Counted from the stretch's first letter, positions 1 to 10,408 are shown. The stretch is DNA of 64,000 bases from an uncultured Nitrospiraceae bacterium (GCA_963727775.1 CAVSHB010000003.1:320001-384000), one strand, 5' to 3'. Program-made: numbers and translations. Notes: generated by a model not told the origin, from the sequence alone.

Positions 1-490
1 CGGCGCCTTAGACAGAGCGGACATTATCGTAATAACAAAAACTGACAAAGCAGTCATGCGGATGAATAAGGGTAACGGTTTGATTGAAGAAATAAAAAAG
101 TATAATGCACGGGCCCCGATATTTTTTACTGCTCACAAACCTTCAGCATTCATAACGATGAAAGGCGATATATTCCCCATAGAATGGGCGCGCAATAAGA
201 ATTTCTTTGGGTTCTGCGGCATAGGGAATCCCCAATCGTTCAGGGATACCCTCTCATCTGCGGGAGTGAAGATAACCGGACTAAGGCATTTTAGAGACCA
301 TTATCGATATAGTGCCGGTGATATTAAGGCGATAACAGGCAAGGCAAAAACCAAAGGGGCAGAGTGGATTGTTACAACAGAAAAAGATATAATGAGACTC
401 AAAGGACTGGCAATGCCGCAGAATATTGTCGCACTGGCAATTGAATTTACAGCCGATGAAGAATTTTATAATGAAGCCTTTAACTCTTGA
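1..490 (+). CDS. lpxK: Tetraacyldisaccharide 4'-kinase, C-terminal part (starts upstream of window)
   Basis: Frame is open from base 2 (GALDRADIIVITK...); motifs FCGIGNPQSF, FRDHYRY and IVTTEKD are typical of the LpxK C-terminus. Confidence 0.9.
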   Translation, partial: GALDRADIIVITKTDKAVMRMNKGNGLIEEIKKYNARAPIFFTAHKPSAFITMKGDIFPIEWARNKNFFGFCGIGNPQSFRDTLSSAGVKITGLRHFRDHYRYSAGDIKAITGKAKTKGAEWIVTTEKDIMRLKGLAMPQNIVALAIEFTADEEFYNEAFNS

Positions 491-520
491 ACCGGGAAAT
501 TTTCCTAATGTGGAGGTTTT

Positions 521-916
521 ATGGTCAGGTATATAAATGTCAGGAGCAGATCACGGATCGAATTCATCGATATTACCGAGATAGTGCAGGATGTTGTAAA
601 AGAGGCAGCAATCGAGAAAGGGGTTTGCTATTTATATGTTCCTCATACAACCGCCGGGATTACAATTAACGAAGGCGCAGACCCGAGCGTGCAGCGCGAC
701 ATACAGAATACACTGAGCAGGATCATACCACATGAGTTGAACTATGCCCATAGAGAAGGCAATGCCGATGCCCATATAAAATCAACCCTCGTCGGTACGT
801 CCGTCAACGTGATTATCGACGAAGGCAAATTACTCCTGGGTACCTGGCAATCGATATTTTTCTGCGATTTTGACGGGCCAAGACACAGGAGAATAGCAAT
901 CAAATTCATACAGTGA
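521..916 (+). CDS. yjbQ: YjbQ/UPF0047 family protein
   Basis: HTTAGITINE, GNADAHIK and LGTWQSIFFCDFDGPR motifs; GGAGG RBS. Confidence 0.92.
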   Translation: MVRYINVRSRSRIEFIDITEIVQDVVKEAAIEKGVCYLYVPHTTAGITINEGADPSVQRDIQNTLSRIIPHELNYAHREGNADAHIKSTLVGTSVNVIIDEGKLLLGTWQSIFFCDFDGPRHRRIAIKFIQ

Positions 917-1743
917 TGCCGGAAACCGGCGGTGAAACTGAATCTCTCCGTAACGAGATACAAAGACTCAGGAAATCGCTCTCGGAGCTTACTCCTCCCT
1001 TAGAAGTACTTTTAAGGCGCAGGGGTTTCAGAATTTACAAAAAAGAACCTTCAGACGATCTTCTCCTGCCGGAAGAAAAATTTATCGGCGGCTTTTATGA
1101 AATGATGAAAAAATATTCTTTCCGCCTGTTTCTGCGCGATGTTATCAAACATCAGAAATTCTTCAGGCTTGAGGATGTCGCCAGGTATGCGACGGCAGAC
1201 GTTACGCATGACTACCTTGAATATATTAAAGACATCGGCCTTATTGAAAAAAAATCTGACGGCTTCAGACTTGCGATCAGCCCTATAAAGAGCTTCGGTG
1301 AAACACTCGAATGGTTTGTAACCGAGCTGTTCAGAATTGAATTTGCGGCAGAGGCGATATGGGGTATACGGTTCAAAAGGCCGCGGGTCGGGGGTGACTA
1401 CGACCTCATCGCCAAGACAGACGGTTCGATACTATACATGGAGATTAAATCTTCCCCTCCGAAACAGATATACCAAAACGAGATCTCGGCTTTTTTCGAC
1501 AGGGTATCAGACCTGCATCCTGAAATAAGTGTTTTTTTAATGGACACAGAACTAAGGATGAAGGACAAGATAGTGCCGATGTTTGAGGAAGAGCTCGGGA
1601 AAAGATACGATGATCACCCCAAAGCGGTCCGAATGGAGAAAGAACTTTTTCAAATATGGAACAAAATGTTTATTATAAATGCAAAGGACAGCATCACTGC
1701 AAATATCGAGAAGGTATTAGTTCGGTTTTTCAGGAACCAATAA
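913..1743 (+). CDS. Hypothetical protein with possible C-terminal PD-(D/E)XK nuclease-like domain
   Basis: 276-aa ORF overlapping the yjbQ stop (GTGA); E...GDYDLIAK...YMEIKS pattern. Confidence 0.6.
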   Translation: MMPETGGETESLRNEIQRLRKSLSELTPPLEVLLRRRGFRIYKKEPSDDLLLPEEKFIGGFYEMMKKYSFRLFLRDVIKHQKFFRLEDVARYATADVTHDYLEYIKDIGLIEKKSDGFRLAISPIKSFGETLEWFVTELFRIEFAAEAIWGIRFKRPRVGGDYDLIAKTDGSILYMEIKSSPPKQIYQNEISAFFDRVSDLHPEISVFLMDTELRMKDKIVPMFEEELGKRYDDHPKAVRMEKELFQIWNKMFIINAKDSITANIEKVLVRFFRNQ

Positions 1744-1745
1744 AT

Positions 1746-1785
1746 TGTATATTCCGGCCACCTATTCCGGTGCAAACTGTTCACC
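1746..1785. mobile_element. Possible IS21-like terminal repeat remnant
   Basis: Starts with TG and has internal ATTCCGG repeats; the 18-mer at 1753-1770 is the exact reverse complement of 25390-25407. Confidence 0.35.
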
Positions 1786-2086
1786 TCTATCAGGGGAAGC
1801 CTTGGCTTCGCCCCAAAATGTGCACTGAGGTTTTCTTCTCGAAGTCCGCAACATTGAAACCTGAGACTGCTGCTCTGGCTTAGGAGCCCATCAATCAGCG
1901 AGTATCTTTAATGTTAGTCGCTAAATCGAAATGGTCTTTTTATTTTCTTTTATTATCAATAGGTTATAATTTTATGCTTGCATTTTCCCGCAGAATCGAG
2001 TTTCATTTATAAAGGAAGGCCGCAAAAAGAAAGGCTGAAGAATTTCTTCTCCAGCCTAAAAAATGTGTGTGTGCATGTTAAAAAAA

Positions 2087-2146
2087 CTATTTCTTTTTTG
2101 CGGTCTTCTTTGCTGCCTTTTTTGCTGGAGCTTTCTTTGCTGGCAT
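2087..2146 (-). CDS. 19-aa Lys/Ala-rich histone-H1-like micropeptide MPAKKAPAKKAAKKTAKKK
   Basis: ATG..TAG ORF preceded by a strong Shine-Dalgarno AAGGAGGTGA at 2154-2163 (minus strand); below the ORF-track cutoff. Confidence 0.7.
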   Translation of the reverse strand: MPAKKAPAKKAAKKTAKKK

Positions 2147-2421
2147 TATTTAATCACCTCCTTCCTTTACCTTTAAAGCGACGATAATAATTCTCCGCTT
2201 ATATTATTCATATATCATCTATTTCATTTTGTCAATGGGAAAATCACTTTTTAGAACAATTGATGCATTTTTGTGAACGATAAATTGTTTTATGTGAAGT
2301 AATCAAAAAGAGGTGTTTCTTGCTCAACTATTCAGAAGTCGCAGCTTGAGTGGAGGTGGAAAAGTCCGCAATGGTGTCGGGATTTTGATTCCTGCCTTAT
2401 ATTCAAAAACTAACCTACTGG

Positions 2422-2455
2422 AAAAAAGTGCCTCCACATAGTAAGCAGAGGCACT
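2422..2455 (-). terminator. Rho-independent terminator after the cupin gene
   Basis: AGTGCCTC...GAGGCACT stem followed by a T-run on the minus strand. Confidence 0.65.
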
Positions 2456-2485
2456 CCCGATTTCGATAAGCTATTTTGCTTAGCT

Positions 2486-2806
2486 TTATACAGGAGGAGC
2501 AATTGTAACTATTACCCTCATATCATTTATTGCAAGAATGCCATGTGGCTCACGTATATCTGAAATCAAAACATCACCGGTATTAGCAGGCAGTGTTAAT
2601 CCATCCTTGCCTAAGAATTCTCCCTCTCCTTCAAGAACAGCAATGCTTAACTGTCCCTCTACATCGTGAGAATGAATTCCTAATTCCTGACCACTTTTGA
2701 AATTAAAGTTTATTACCCTGAAATATGGGGAATCATGAATTAGAAACTTTTGCATGCCTTTATCACTAAATCCACTTTCTTTGAATACTTCAATCCGTTT
2801 CATCAT
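2486..2806 (-). CDS. Cupin-domain protein
   Basis: FKSGQELGIHSH...VLEGEG...EPHGI cupin motifs; AAGGAGA RBS before ATG at 2806. Confidence 0.85.
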   Translation of the reverse strand: MMKRIEVFKESGFSDKGMQKFLIHDSPYFRVINFNFKSGQELGIHSHDVEGQLSIAVLEGEGEFLGKDGLTLPANTGDVLISDIREPHGILAINDMRVIVTIAPPV

Positions 2807-2901
2807 GGTCGTTTCTCCTTTTAGCATATGAGATTTTATTGTTTGATTTTTTTAAATGGTACACCATCAATTATAATTTGTTTTGGGTTATTATTTAATA
2901 T

Positions 2902-3183
2902 ATGGACAAAGAACTAATACAAATATTGCCATTAGCATTCCTTATTGGATTAATCCCTGCCTTTATAGCCCGAAACAAAGGGAAAAACTTTTTCTTATGG
3001 TGGTTTTATGGTGCTATGTTTTTTATCGTGGCGTTGCCTCATTCATTATGGATTAAACCTGGCAATCAAGAGGTAGGACAAGAGCAGATGTCAGCGGGAA
3101 TGAAGAAATGTTTTTATTGTGCTGAACTTATAAAACGGGAAGCTAAAGTTTGTCAGTATTGTGGGAAATTGCTTCATGATTAA
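2902..3183 (+). CDS. Small membrane protein with C-terminal zinc ribbon
   Basis: Two hydrophobic segments (IARNKGKNFFLWWFYG) then KKCFYCAELIKREAKVCQYCG. Confidence 0.75.
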   Translation: MDKELIQILPLAFLIGLIPAFIARNKGKNFFLWWFYGAMFFIVALPHSLWIKPGNQEVGQEQMSAGMKKCFYCAELIKREAKVCQYCGKLLHD

Positions 3184-3494
3184 AAAAGGAGTTTGGCTGA
3201 GCATACCCAATGAATTTTCTATCATCCTTGAATACCTTCCCAGCGGAGAACCTCGGAACTTTTAAACAGCTTTATCCTGAAATACTCAGAGATCGCTTTC
3301 TCCCTTGTTGAAGCCAACACTGTGGCTTTTTTGTGCAGACGCAAGGTTTCCCCCGGAATCAAACGTTCTTCTGGCCGATGTCGAGTGAGGTGTACCTCTC
3401 CAAACATGCATGCCCAATTGCTTATTTGAATAATCAAAAGCACATTTGAAAACAATAATAAATGAAGCTTATGCTCGCAAGTCTTTATTCACCT

Positions 3495-4922
3495 TTATGA
3501 TAAATTCATTGATACATAAAAAGTCTGTATTCCCCTCTTCATCAAAAAAATTATGGGTTTGCCTTTTTCTGTTTTTAACATAATGGATTCATAGTCGTTC
3601 TTATTTCTTACGGGTTTGCGGTTTACCTCTTTAATAATATCTCCTGCGTGTATACCGGCCTCAGCTGCTGGGCTGTCAGGTGAAATCTCGATCACAACAA
3701 TGCCGGCATTATCTTTAAGCCTGAACGCATTCTTCCACTGCGGTTTTATGTCGTCAACCGTCATTCCGAGGTTTTTCTCAGGTATATTCATTTGAGATGC
3801 CACACGTTCCTCTGACATCTCTGCCACAGTAATATTCAAGACTATCTCCTTTCCATCCCTTATCACTTTAACAGGTACTTTTTCCCCTATAGGTGTTTCA
3901 GCAACCCTGCGTGGAAGATCTGGCATGTTCTGAATATCTTTTCCATCGAATGAAATAATAATATCCCCCCTTTTGATTCCTCCAGCATCAGCAGGTCCGC
4001 CCGGGACAACATCACCAATAAGGGCGCCTTTTCTATCTTTCAACCCGAAAGCCTGCGCTATCTCAGGGGTTACAGATTGTATGGATATACCTATCCAGCC
4101 GCGGGTTACCTTGCCTTTGTCTTTTAGCTGTGAGACTACAGATTTTGCCATATTGCTCGGAATGGCGAACCCGATTCCCTGGCCTCCCGCGATTATGCTG
4201 CTATTGATCCCGATTACCTCGCCTTTCAGGTTGACCAAGGGCCCGCCACTATTCCCCGGGTTGATGGGTGCATCCGTCTGGAGGAAGTTGTCATAAGCCC
4301 CTGATCCAAGAGCTCTGCCACTTGCACTTATGATGCCCTGGGTTACCGTATGTTCCAGACCAAAGGGGTTCCCGACGGCAAGCACCCAGTCTCCAACCCT
4401 GATATTGTCCGAATTACCCAGCAAAAGGATTGGAAGGTCTTTAAACAAAGAAGAAATTTTTATTAAGGCAATGTCAGTCTTCGGGTCTCTTCCTACAACC
4501 TTTGCTTTGAATTCCCTTCCGTCTATTAATTTTACTTTTATCTCTTCTGCACCTTCTACAACATGATTATTGGTGATAATGTAGCCATCCTTATCAATGA
4601 TGAAGCCGGAACCCAGACTCTGCTGTTTTAAAGCCCTATCCGGAATATTACCAAAAAACTGTTTGAAAAAGTCCCCGAAAGGACCTTCTTCACCAGGCCC
4701 GAAAAAGTGTCTGAACGGGCTTCCGGGTATCCGTAACGTTGTTGTGGTACTGATATTCACAACAGCAGGCTTTACCTTTTCTGCAAGATCGGCAAAAGAT
4801 TGTGGAAACCCGATAACCTCTGAACCATCCTTTTTCTTACATCCTGCAAAGACACAAAATATACCAGCAATAAGTGATATAAGAATAATGAGTGTCAGTC
4901 TATTCAAAATGTCCTTTTTCAT
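3495..4922 (-). CDS. DegQ/HtrA (Do family) serine endoprotease with two PDZ domains
   Basis: TNNHVV, DIAL and QTDAPINPGNSGGPL triad motifs; GAGGAGG RBS before ATG at 4922. Confidence 0.95.
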   Translation of the reverse strand: MKKDILNRLTLIILISLIAGIFCVFAGCKKKDGSEVIGFPQSFADLAEKVKPAVVNISTTTTLRIPGSPFRHFFGPGEEGPFGDFFKQFFGNIPDRALKQQSLGSGFIIDKDGYIITNNHVVEGAEEIKVKLIDGREFKAKVVGRDPKTDIALIKISSLFKDLPILLLGNSDNIRVGDWVLAVGNPFGLEHTVTQGIISASGRALGSGAYDNFLQTDAPINPGNSGGPLVNLKGEVIGINSSIIAGGQGIGFAIPSNMAKSVVSQLKDKGKVTRGWIGISIQSVTPEIAQAFGLKDRKGALIGDVVPGGPADAGGIKRGDIIISFDGKDIQNMPDLPRRVAETPIGEKVPVKVIRDGKEIVLNITVAEMSEERVASQMNIPEKNLGMTVDDIKPQWKNAFRLKDNAGIVVIEISPDSPAAEAGIHAGDIIKEVNRKPVRNKNDYESIMLKTEKGKPIIFLMKRGIQTFYVSMNLS

Positions 4923-5330
4923 AGTTTCCTCCTCTGATGGCTTCTTCAAGTTTTTTTGTCCGTGCCTGATTGAACAAGCATTGAACTCTACTTTTCACAA
5001 TAATTATATCAAATAATAAAGTCGTAGGAAGAAGGATATTGACCTGTGAGGTATAACATGGCAATCTTCACTTTGGATCAAGACACAAGTTGACAATCTT
5101 TAATGGTAGTAATCGCATAAAAAAGGACAAAGTGAAGTTAGAACTGATATAGGTTAAGGAGCATGGAAAGTGTTTCAGAGATAGTAAAAAAGAATGATTA
5201 AGAAATTGATTCCCTGCAAAAGTATATCAGGCAGGAAGTGAAACAAACTCGATTTCTCGGAGACAAGTATGTTGAATGATATAATCAATATGTCTGTGGA
5301 TTTAAATAGTTACATAGAAGGATATAAATC

Positions 5331-7970
5331 ATGAACAACCCCTGGCACTCTTTAAAACTTGATGAAGTATTTAGAGTCCTGAACACATCTCCGGAGGGTC
5401 TTTTACAGTCTGCGGCTTCTGAGCGACTTAAGCGCTATGGGCCCAATAAAATAGCAGAGCCTGAAAAGGTCTCTGCCCTTAAAATACTCATTGATGAACT
5501 TACAGGATTTTTTAATATCATCCTTTTCTTTTCAGCCTTTGTTGCCCTATCAGTGGGTTTTCTTCCAGGACATATTCCGAAATATCATGAAGTAATTTTT
5601 ATATTTGCGATTATAATCCTCAACACGATCATTAGTTCTCTTGAAGAATATAAAGCCGCCCAGAGTATTCAATCCCTCCATAAGGTAATGAAAATAAAAG
5701 CAAGAGTTTTGAGGGATGGACAGGAAGCAGAGATTGATTCCAGCGAGATAATCCCTGGAGATATCCTTATTCTTTCTGAAGGAGATAAGGTGCCTGCTGA
5801 TGGAAGAATCACGGAGGGATTTGGATTAAAGGTGGATGAATCAGTATTAACTGGTGAGAGCGTCAGCGCAGACAAGAGTAATATGGAAGTGTCTCAAGAA
5901 GCTATACTCGCTGAAAGAACAGATATGGTCTATTCCGGAACATATGTGACACGAGGAAATGCAAAGGTTGCGGTATCAGCAACAGGGATGTCAACAGAGA
6001 TAGGAAAAATCGCGACTGACCTCTATGAGATAACAGAGCAACCAACATCTTTTCAACTGGAGGTTGCAAAGCTTGGCAAGCAGATTACCATTAGTATTGC
6101 TGCAATTGTAGCAGTCATAGCCGTAACCTATTATTTTTTTGAACACCTGAGTTTCTATGATGTGCTCATCAATTCTATCAGTCTTGGGGTAGCTGCTGTA
6201 CCTGCAAGCCTCCCTGTGGTTATGACATTTGCATTGGCTATGGGCACAAGGAAGATGCTTGAGAAGAATGCACTTGTAAGACATCTGAGTGTTGTAGAAA
6301 GCCTCGGTTCTGTAGATGTAATATGCACTGACAAGACAGGGACCCTGACAGAAAACAGGATGACGGTACAGAAGATATATGTTTTTGACAGGATATCAAA
6401 GACGGAGGATGAGGGTACAGGTTTCGGCACGCAGGCCGTATCATTATTATTAAAGGCATCTGTTCTTTGTAACGAGGCGAAGATTAACACAGACGAAAAA
6501 GATCGTGAAACCTATCTCGGTGATCCAACAGAACTAAGCCTTCTGCTTTTAGCAAGTGAGAAAGGCCTTAATCCCCGGGCCGAGAGAAAGAAATATCCAA
6601 AGATAGGTGAAATACCCTTTTCTTCCGAGACAAAGAGGATGACTACTATCCACAAGATAGATGAAAAGACTGTAGCATATTCCAAAGGTGCAGTGAGTGC
6701 TATTTTGAGTGGCTGTGATCAAATCCTGAAAGGCGATCATACAATGCCATTAACTTCAGGTGATAGGGACAAGATCATGGCGGCAGCAGATTCTATGGCA
6801 GGAGAGGCATTAAGGGTCCTGGCATTCTCCTACAAAGAAGTGTCATCTGTAGAGGCACCGGAGCAAGATGCTGAAAAAGGGATGGTATTCCTGGGACTTG
6901 AAGGTATGATGGACCCTCCAAGAAAAAAGGTTAGGCAGTCCATACAGATAGCCCGTGAAGCGGGAATAAAGATTGTCATGATTACCGGTGATAATAAAAA
7001 GACCGCACAAGCTATAGCCGGAGAGGTTGGGATCGGCAGTAATGCAGTGGAAGGTGAGGATATTGATAAACATGCTGTCGAAGAATTATCAAGAGATGTT
7101 GAGGCAATAGACATCGTAGCACGGGCAACCCCTCAGACAAAATACAAAATAACGCAGGCCTTACAGAAAAACGGCCATTATGTTGCAATGACAGGAGACG
7201 GTGTTAACGATGCTTCGGCCATTAAGCAGTCTGATGTTGGGATAGCTATGGGATTGAGGGGAACAGACGTGGCAAAAGAATCCTCAGACATGATTCTGCT
7301 GGATGATAATTTCAAGACAATAGTAGATGCTGTTGAAGAAGGAAGAAGGATATTCGATAACATCAAGAAATTTGTGAATTATCTTCTCAGTGCCAACCTG
7401 TCAGAGGTTTTTGTTATATTGATTCTGTCATTCTTTGGCTATATACCGCTGACAGGTATTATGGTCCTATGGGTCAATATGGTAACAGATATCATGCCTG
7501 CAAGTGCCCTTGCTGTAGATCCAGCTAACCCGGGCATTATCAGGAGACAACCCAGAAAGGCAGGAGAGCCGGTACTCAATAGGGGTGTAAAGACGCTAAT
7601 CGCATTCAGTGGAATAAAAAAGGTTATTGTACTTCTTATCATTTTTTATATCGGGTTTCATATGGGAGGGATTAAATTGGCACAGACAATGGTCTTTACC
7701 AGTGTAATATTATTTTCATTTGTCCGGATAATGATTGTTCGGCAGATGGATAAACTGTCTATATGGTCAAATAAATGGCTTCTCCTCGCAATGGCAGCAG
7801 GTATCAGTTTGCAACTTATAGTCCTCTATACACCTTTCTTAAGAAACTTCTTCAATGTAATTCCCCTGGGTTACATCCACTGGGTAATTCTTTTGCCTAT
7901 AGTAGTTTCCTCAGCCTTTTTAGGAGTATTCGGTGCAAGGATCATCATGAGATTTGTTCCGGCAATCTAA
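5331..7970 (+). CDS. Cation-transporting P-type ATPase (type II-like)
   Basis: DKTGTLT, LTGES, MITGD, MTGDGVND and KGA motifs; M4 reads VPASLP instead of PEGLP. Confidence 0.95.
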   Translation: MNNPWHSLKLDEVFRVLNTSPEGLLQSAASERLKRYGPNKIAEPEKVSALKILIDELTGFFNIILFFSAFVALSVGFLPGHIPKYHEVIFIFAIIILNTIISSLEEYKAAQSIQSLHKVMKIKARVLRDGQEAEIDSSEIIPGDILILSEGDKVPADGRITEGFGLKVDESVLTGESVSADKSNMEVSQEAILAERTDMVYSGTYVTRGNAKVAVSATGMSTEIGKIATDLYEITEQPTSFQLEVAKLGKQITISIAAIVAVIAVTYYFFEHLSFYDVLINSISLGVAAVPASLPVVMTFALAMGTRKMLEKNALVRHLSVVESLGSVDVICTDKTGTLTENRMTVQKIYVFDRISKTEDEGTGFGTQAVSLLLKASVLCNEAKINTDEKDRETYLGDPTELSLLLLASEKGLNPRAERKKYPKIGEIPFSSETKRMTTIHKIDEKTVAYSKGAVSAILSGCDQILKGDHTMPLTSGDRDKIMAAADSMAGEALRVLAFSYKEVSSVEAPEQDAEKGMVFLGLEGMMDPPRKKVRQSIQIAREAGIKIVMITGDNKKTAQAIAGEVGIGSNAVEGEDIDKHAVEELSRDVEAIDIVARATPQTKYKITQALQKNGHYVAMTGDGVNDASAIKQSDVGIAMGLRGTDVAKESSDMILLDDNFKTIVDAVEEGRRIFDNIKKFVNYLLSANLSEVFVILILSFFGYIPLTGIMVLWVNMVTDIMPASALAVDPANPGIIRRQPRKAGEPVLNRGVKTLIAFSGIKKVIVLLIIFYIGFHMGGIKLAQTMVFTSVILFSFVRIMIVRQMDKLSIWSNKWLLLAMAAGISLQLIVLYTPFLRNFFNVIPLGYIHWVILLPIVVSSAFLGVFGARIIMRFVPAI

Positions 7971-8490
7971 AAAATAAAAATTAATCTGATTGCTTTAACT
8001 ATAATGCTTAACTTACGTATGTTTATTTATGTCATCAAGCAGCATCTTATAATCCTGCGGTGTCAAATGCCAGGCTCCTGGCCTGAAGGGATTATCAAGG
8101 TCATCAATAACAATGTAGATCGTATATGCTAATACCCCGATGCTTAATGTGAAAATATAATCGATCCAGGGATTATTTACGCCGATGAAAAGGGAAAGAA
8201 GAATCAATAACACATCGGCGAAGATGAGAGTATTTTTTAAGATGTGAGGAATGTGAATTGCACTTTGGTAAAGTCTTCTATTGCGATTTTTTACGATATC
8301 ATAAAAAAGAGGTGCAAACTTCATTCTTCCTTTTTCTTCTGTCAGCCGTGCTATTTTATTTCGGAGAGTGTCTAAAATAATTTCCTCTGGCTCACTTCTT
8401 TTCCCTTGTTCCATTATAGGCCATCCTACTTGAATAGTGGAAAGATAGTCCTTTATACATTTAAGAATATTCCCCTGGATATCATTTAAT

Positions 8491-10124
8491 CCTAAAAAAA
8501 GCGGTACGGGATACACATAAGGGGCGAAGCATGCAATAATAAACGGAAAAAGAGTGGCAGGAGGGTTCACCTAATGGGTGAGGCAAAACGGCGTGCGATA
8601 GCAAGGAGCAACTCAGTAGGAATTGATACATATGCGGGGAAGATACACGTAGAATGGGACCCTGATGCAGCTGTTACCCCATTGGGGCAGTTGCCATTTT
8701 TCATAGAATTTCTGAAAGTCAGCGGGTTGTTTGATTCCTTTGTAAAAGAGTGTCCCCTCTCCTATAGCAGCCCGAATGCGCCGAAGAAGAGAAACGTGTT
8801 AGGCACTCTCATGCTTTCGATACTTGCGGGACATAAGCGATATGCACATATCGCAGCGATACGAAGTGATGGAGTGAATCCCGAGTTATTGGGGATGGAT
8901 AAGATAATCAGTGAAGATGCGGCGCGTCGGGCCTTATTGCAGATAGAAGAAGGGACTGGGATACAATGGCTTGAATCAGAGCTTGCACGCTGCACGATGC
9001 CTGTATTATCGGCAGTATCAGGCCCCTCCTGGATACTTGATACGGACACGACGGTAAAGTGTCTGTATGGCAAACAAGAGGGGGCAGTTGTGGGATATAA
9101 TCCTAAGAAACCTGGGCGGCCCTCACACAGTTACCACAGTTATTTTATGGCAAACACACGATTAGCGTTAAAGGTAGAAGTGAAGGCGGGCAATGAGACC
9201 GCATCGAGTCACAGCACGGCTGGATTATGGGAATTGGTAGAGAGTATTCCCCGGGATAATCGGCCGGCCTTCATCCGTGGAGATATAGCGTTTGGAGTAG
9301 AGGGAGTGTTATCAGAGGCAGAAAAACGTAGTATACATTATGTCACAAAGCTGAGGATTACGAAGAATGTAAAAAGATTGATCGAGAGAATGTTTGAGAT
9401 GGAAGAATGGGTAAAAGCCGGTGCCGGATACTATGGAATGGAGTCAGAGCTGAAGTTATTTGGGTGGAGCCGTAGTCGCCGGGTGATCGTGCTGCGCCGA
9501 CCTATACCTGGGGATATTCTTTTGCAGAAAAAAGGGAAAGATCAAATGGAGATGAGTTTCATCGAGACACAAGGGGGAGTGGCTAAGTATGAGTACACGG
9601 TGCTGGTGACTTCTCTTTCTGATGAGGTATCAAGTATTGCACAGCATTACCGGGATCGTGCAGACAGTGAAAATATCTTTGACGAGTTAAAGAATCAGTG
9701 GGGCTGGGGCGGATATACGACAAAGGATTTGAAGCGATGCCGCATGATTAGTCGCATGGTAGCTCTTGTATATAACTGGTGGTCGCTGTTTGTGCGCCTG
9801 GCCAATCCAAATAAACATCATGAGGCAATAACGAGCAGACCGTTGCTGTTACACGCAGTTGCGAAACAGACAAAACATGGGGGACAGACTTTTCTGACTA
9901 TTACCAGTCCTCATGCAAAGGCTGAAAAGGTGCGGGGAGCATTGTTACGACTATCACTGTTCCTCGGGGATATTAGGACCACTGCGGAGCAGTTGAATAT
10001 CGCTGAGCGGATGAGGATTGTAGCAATGCATGCTTTTAGAAAAATCATCGGCCCTTTGAACATAAATTCAGGGAAATTGCTCCCTCAAACTGGTGTGGCA
10101 TGATCTCTAACTGCTTTTTTTAGG
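8491..10124 (+). mobile_element. IS1380-family insertion sequence
   Basis: Terminal IR CCTAAAAAAAGC(G/A)GT (14/15); flanks TTAAT/TTGAT form an imperfect 5-bp TSD. Confidence 0.88.
8574..10103 (+). CDS. IS1380-family DDE transposase
   Basis: LDTDTT..YGKQEGAVVGYNPKKPGRPS, RGDIAF and YRDRADSENIFDELK motifs. Confidence 0.9.
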   Translation: MGEAKRRAIARSNSVGIDTYAGKIHVEWDPDAAVTPLGQLPFFIEFLKVSGLFDSFVKECPLSYSSPNAPKKRNVLGTLMLSILAGHKRYAHIAAIRSDGVNPELLGMDKIISEDAARRALLQIEEGTGIQWLESELARCTMPVLSAVSGPSWILDTDTTVKCLYGKQEGAVVGYNPKKPGRPSHSYHSYFMANTRLALKVEVKAGNETASSHSTAGLWELVESIPRDNRPAFIRGDIAFGVEGVLSEAEKRSIHYVTKLRITKNVKRLIERMFEMEEWVKAGAGYYGMESELKLFGWSRSRRVIVLRRPIPGDILLQKKGKDQMEMSFIETQGGVAKYEYTVLVTSLSDEVSSIAQHYRDRADSENIFDELKNQWGWGGYTTKDLKRCRMISRMVALVYNWWSLFVRLANPNKHHEAITSRPLLLHAVAKQTKHGGQTFLTITSPHAKAEKVRGALLRLSLFLGDIRTTAEQLNIAERMRIVAMHAFRKIIGPLNINSGKLLPQTGVA

Positions 10125-10408
10125 TTGATAGATGCCGGGAAAAAAGCCATAACTCGCGGATGGCATCTGCTTCTCCCTTGATAGATTCAACGAGATGATT
10201 CCAGTTTTCCCACTCTTTCTGAATGGTAAAGGCAGCAAGGATGCTGAAGATAAGACATATGGCTGAGTAGAGCTAGGGTATCCCGCCTAAATCCCGTAAA
10301 TCCAATAATAGAATTCTTCCGTGATCAATTGTTCGCATCAACCAGAATACTAAAGAAAAAATAATAAAAAAGAGAATTATTTTTGGAATAAATTTCATTT
10401 AGGAGGTC

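Larger units (their letters stand above)
8013..10398 (-). pseudogene. DUF4239-like membrane protein gene split by IS1380 and carrying a nonsense codon
   Basis: 5' part 10398-10125 (MKFIPK...GGIP*LYSAI...WLFSRHLS) rejoins in frame with 8485-8013 (NDIQGN...IDDLDNPFRPG) when the IS and one TSD copy are removed; TAG at 10273-10275. Confidence 0.75.

Noticed and set aside
1780..1905. c-di-AMP or glycine riboswitch-like words (TTGGGGCGAA, TCTCAGG on the minus strand)
   Set aside because: The remaining conserved elements are absent and there is no downstream gene in that orientation.
3222..3455. 77-aa minus-strand ORF
   Set aside because: TTG start, no clear RBS and no recognisable motif; cannot be supported.
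8491..8570. N-terminus of the 185-aa ORF 8013-8570
   Set aside because: The first ~27 codons are read from the IS end; the real 5' part lies at 10125-10398.
10273..10275. In-frame TAG as pyrrolysine or readthrough
   Set aside because: The gene is already IS-disrupted and TGG>TAG is the simplest explanation; no pyl genes are in the window.
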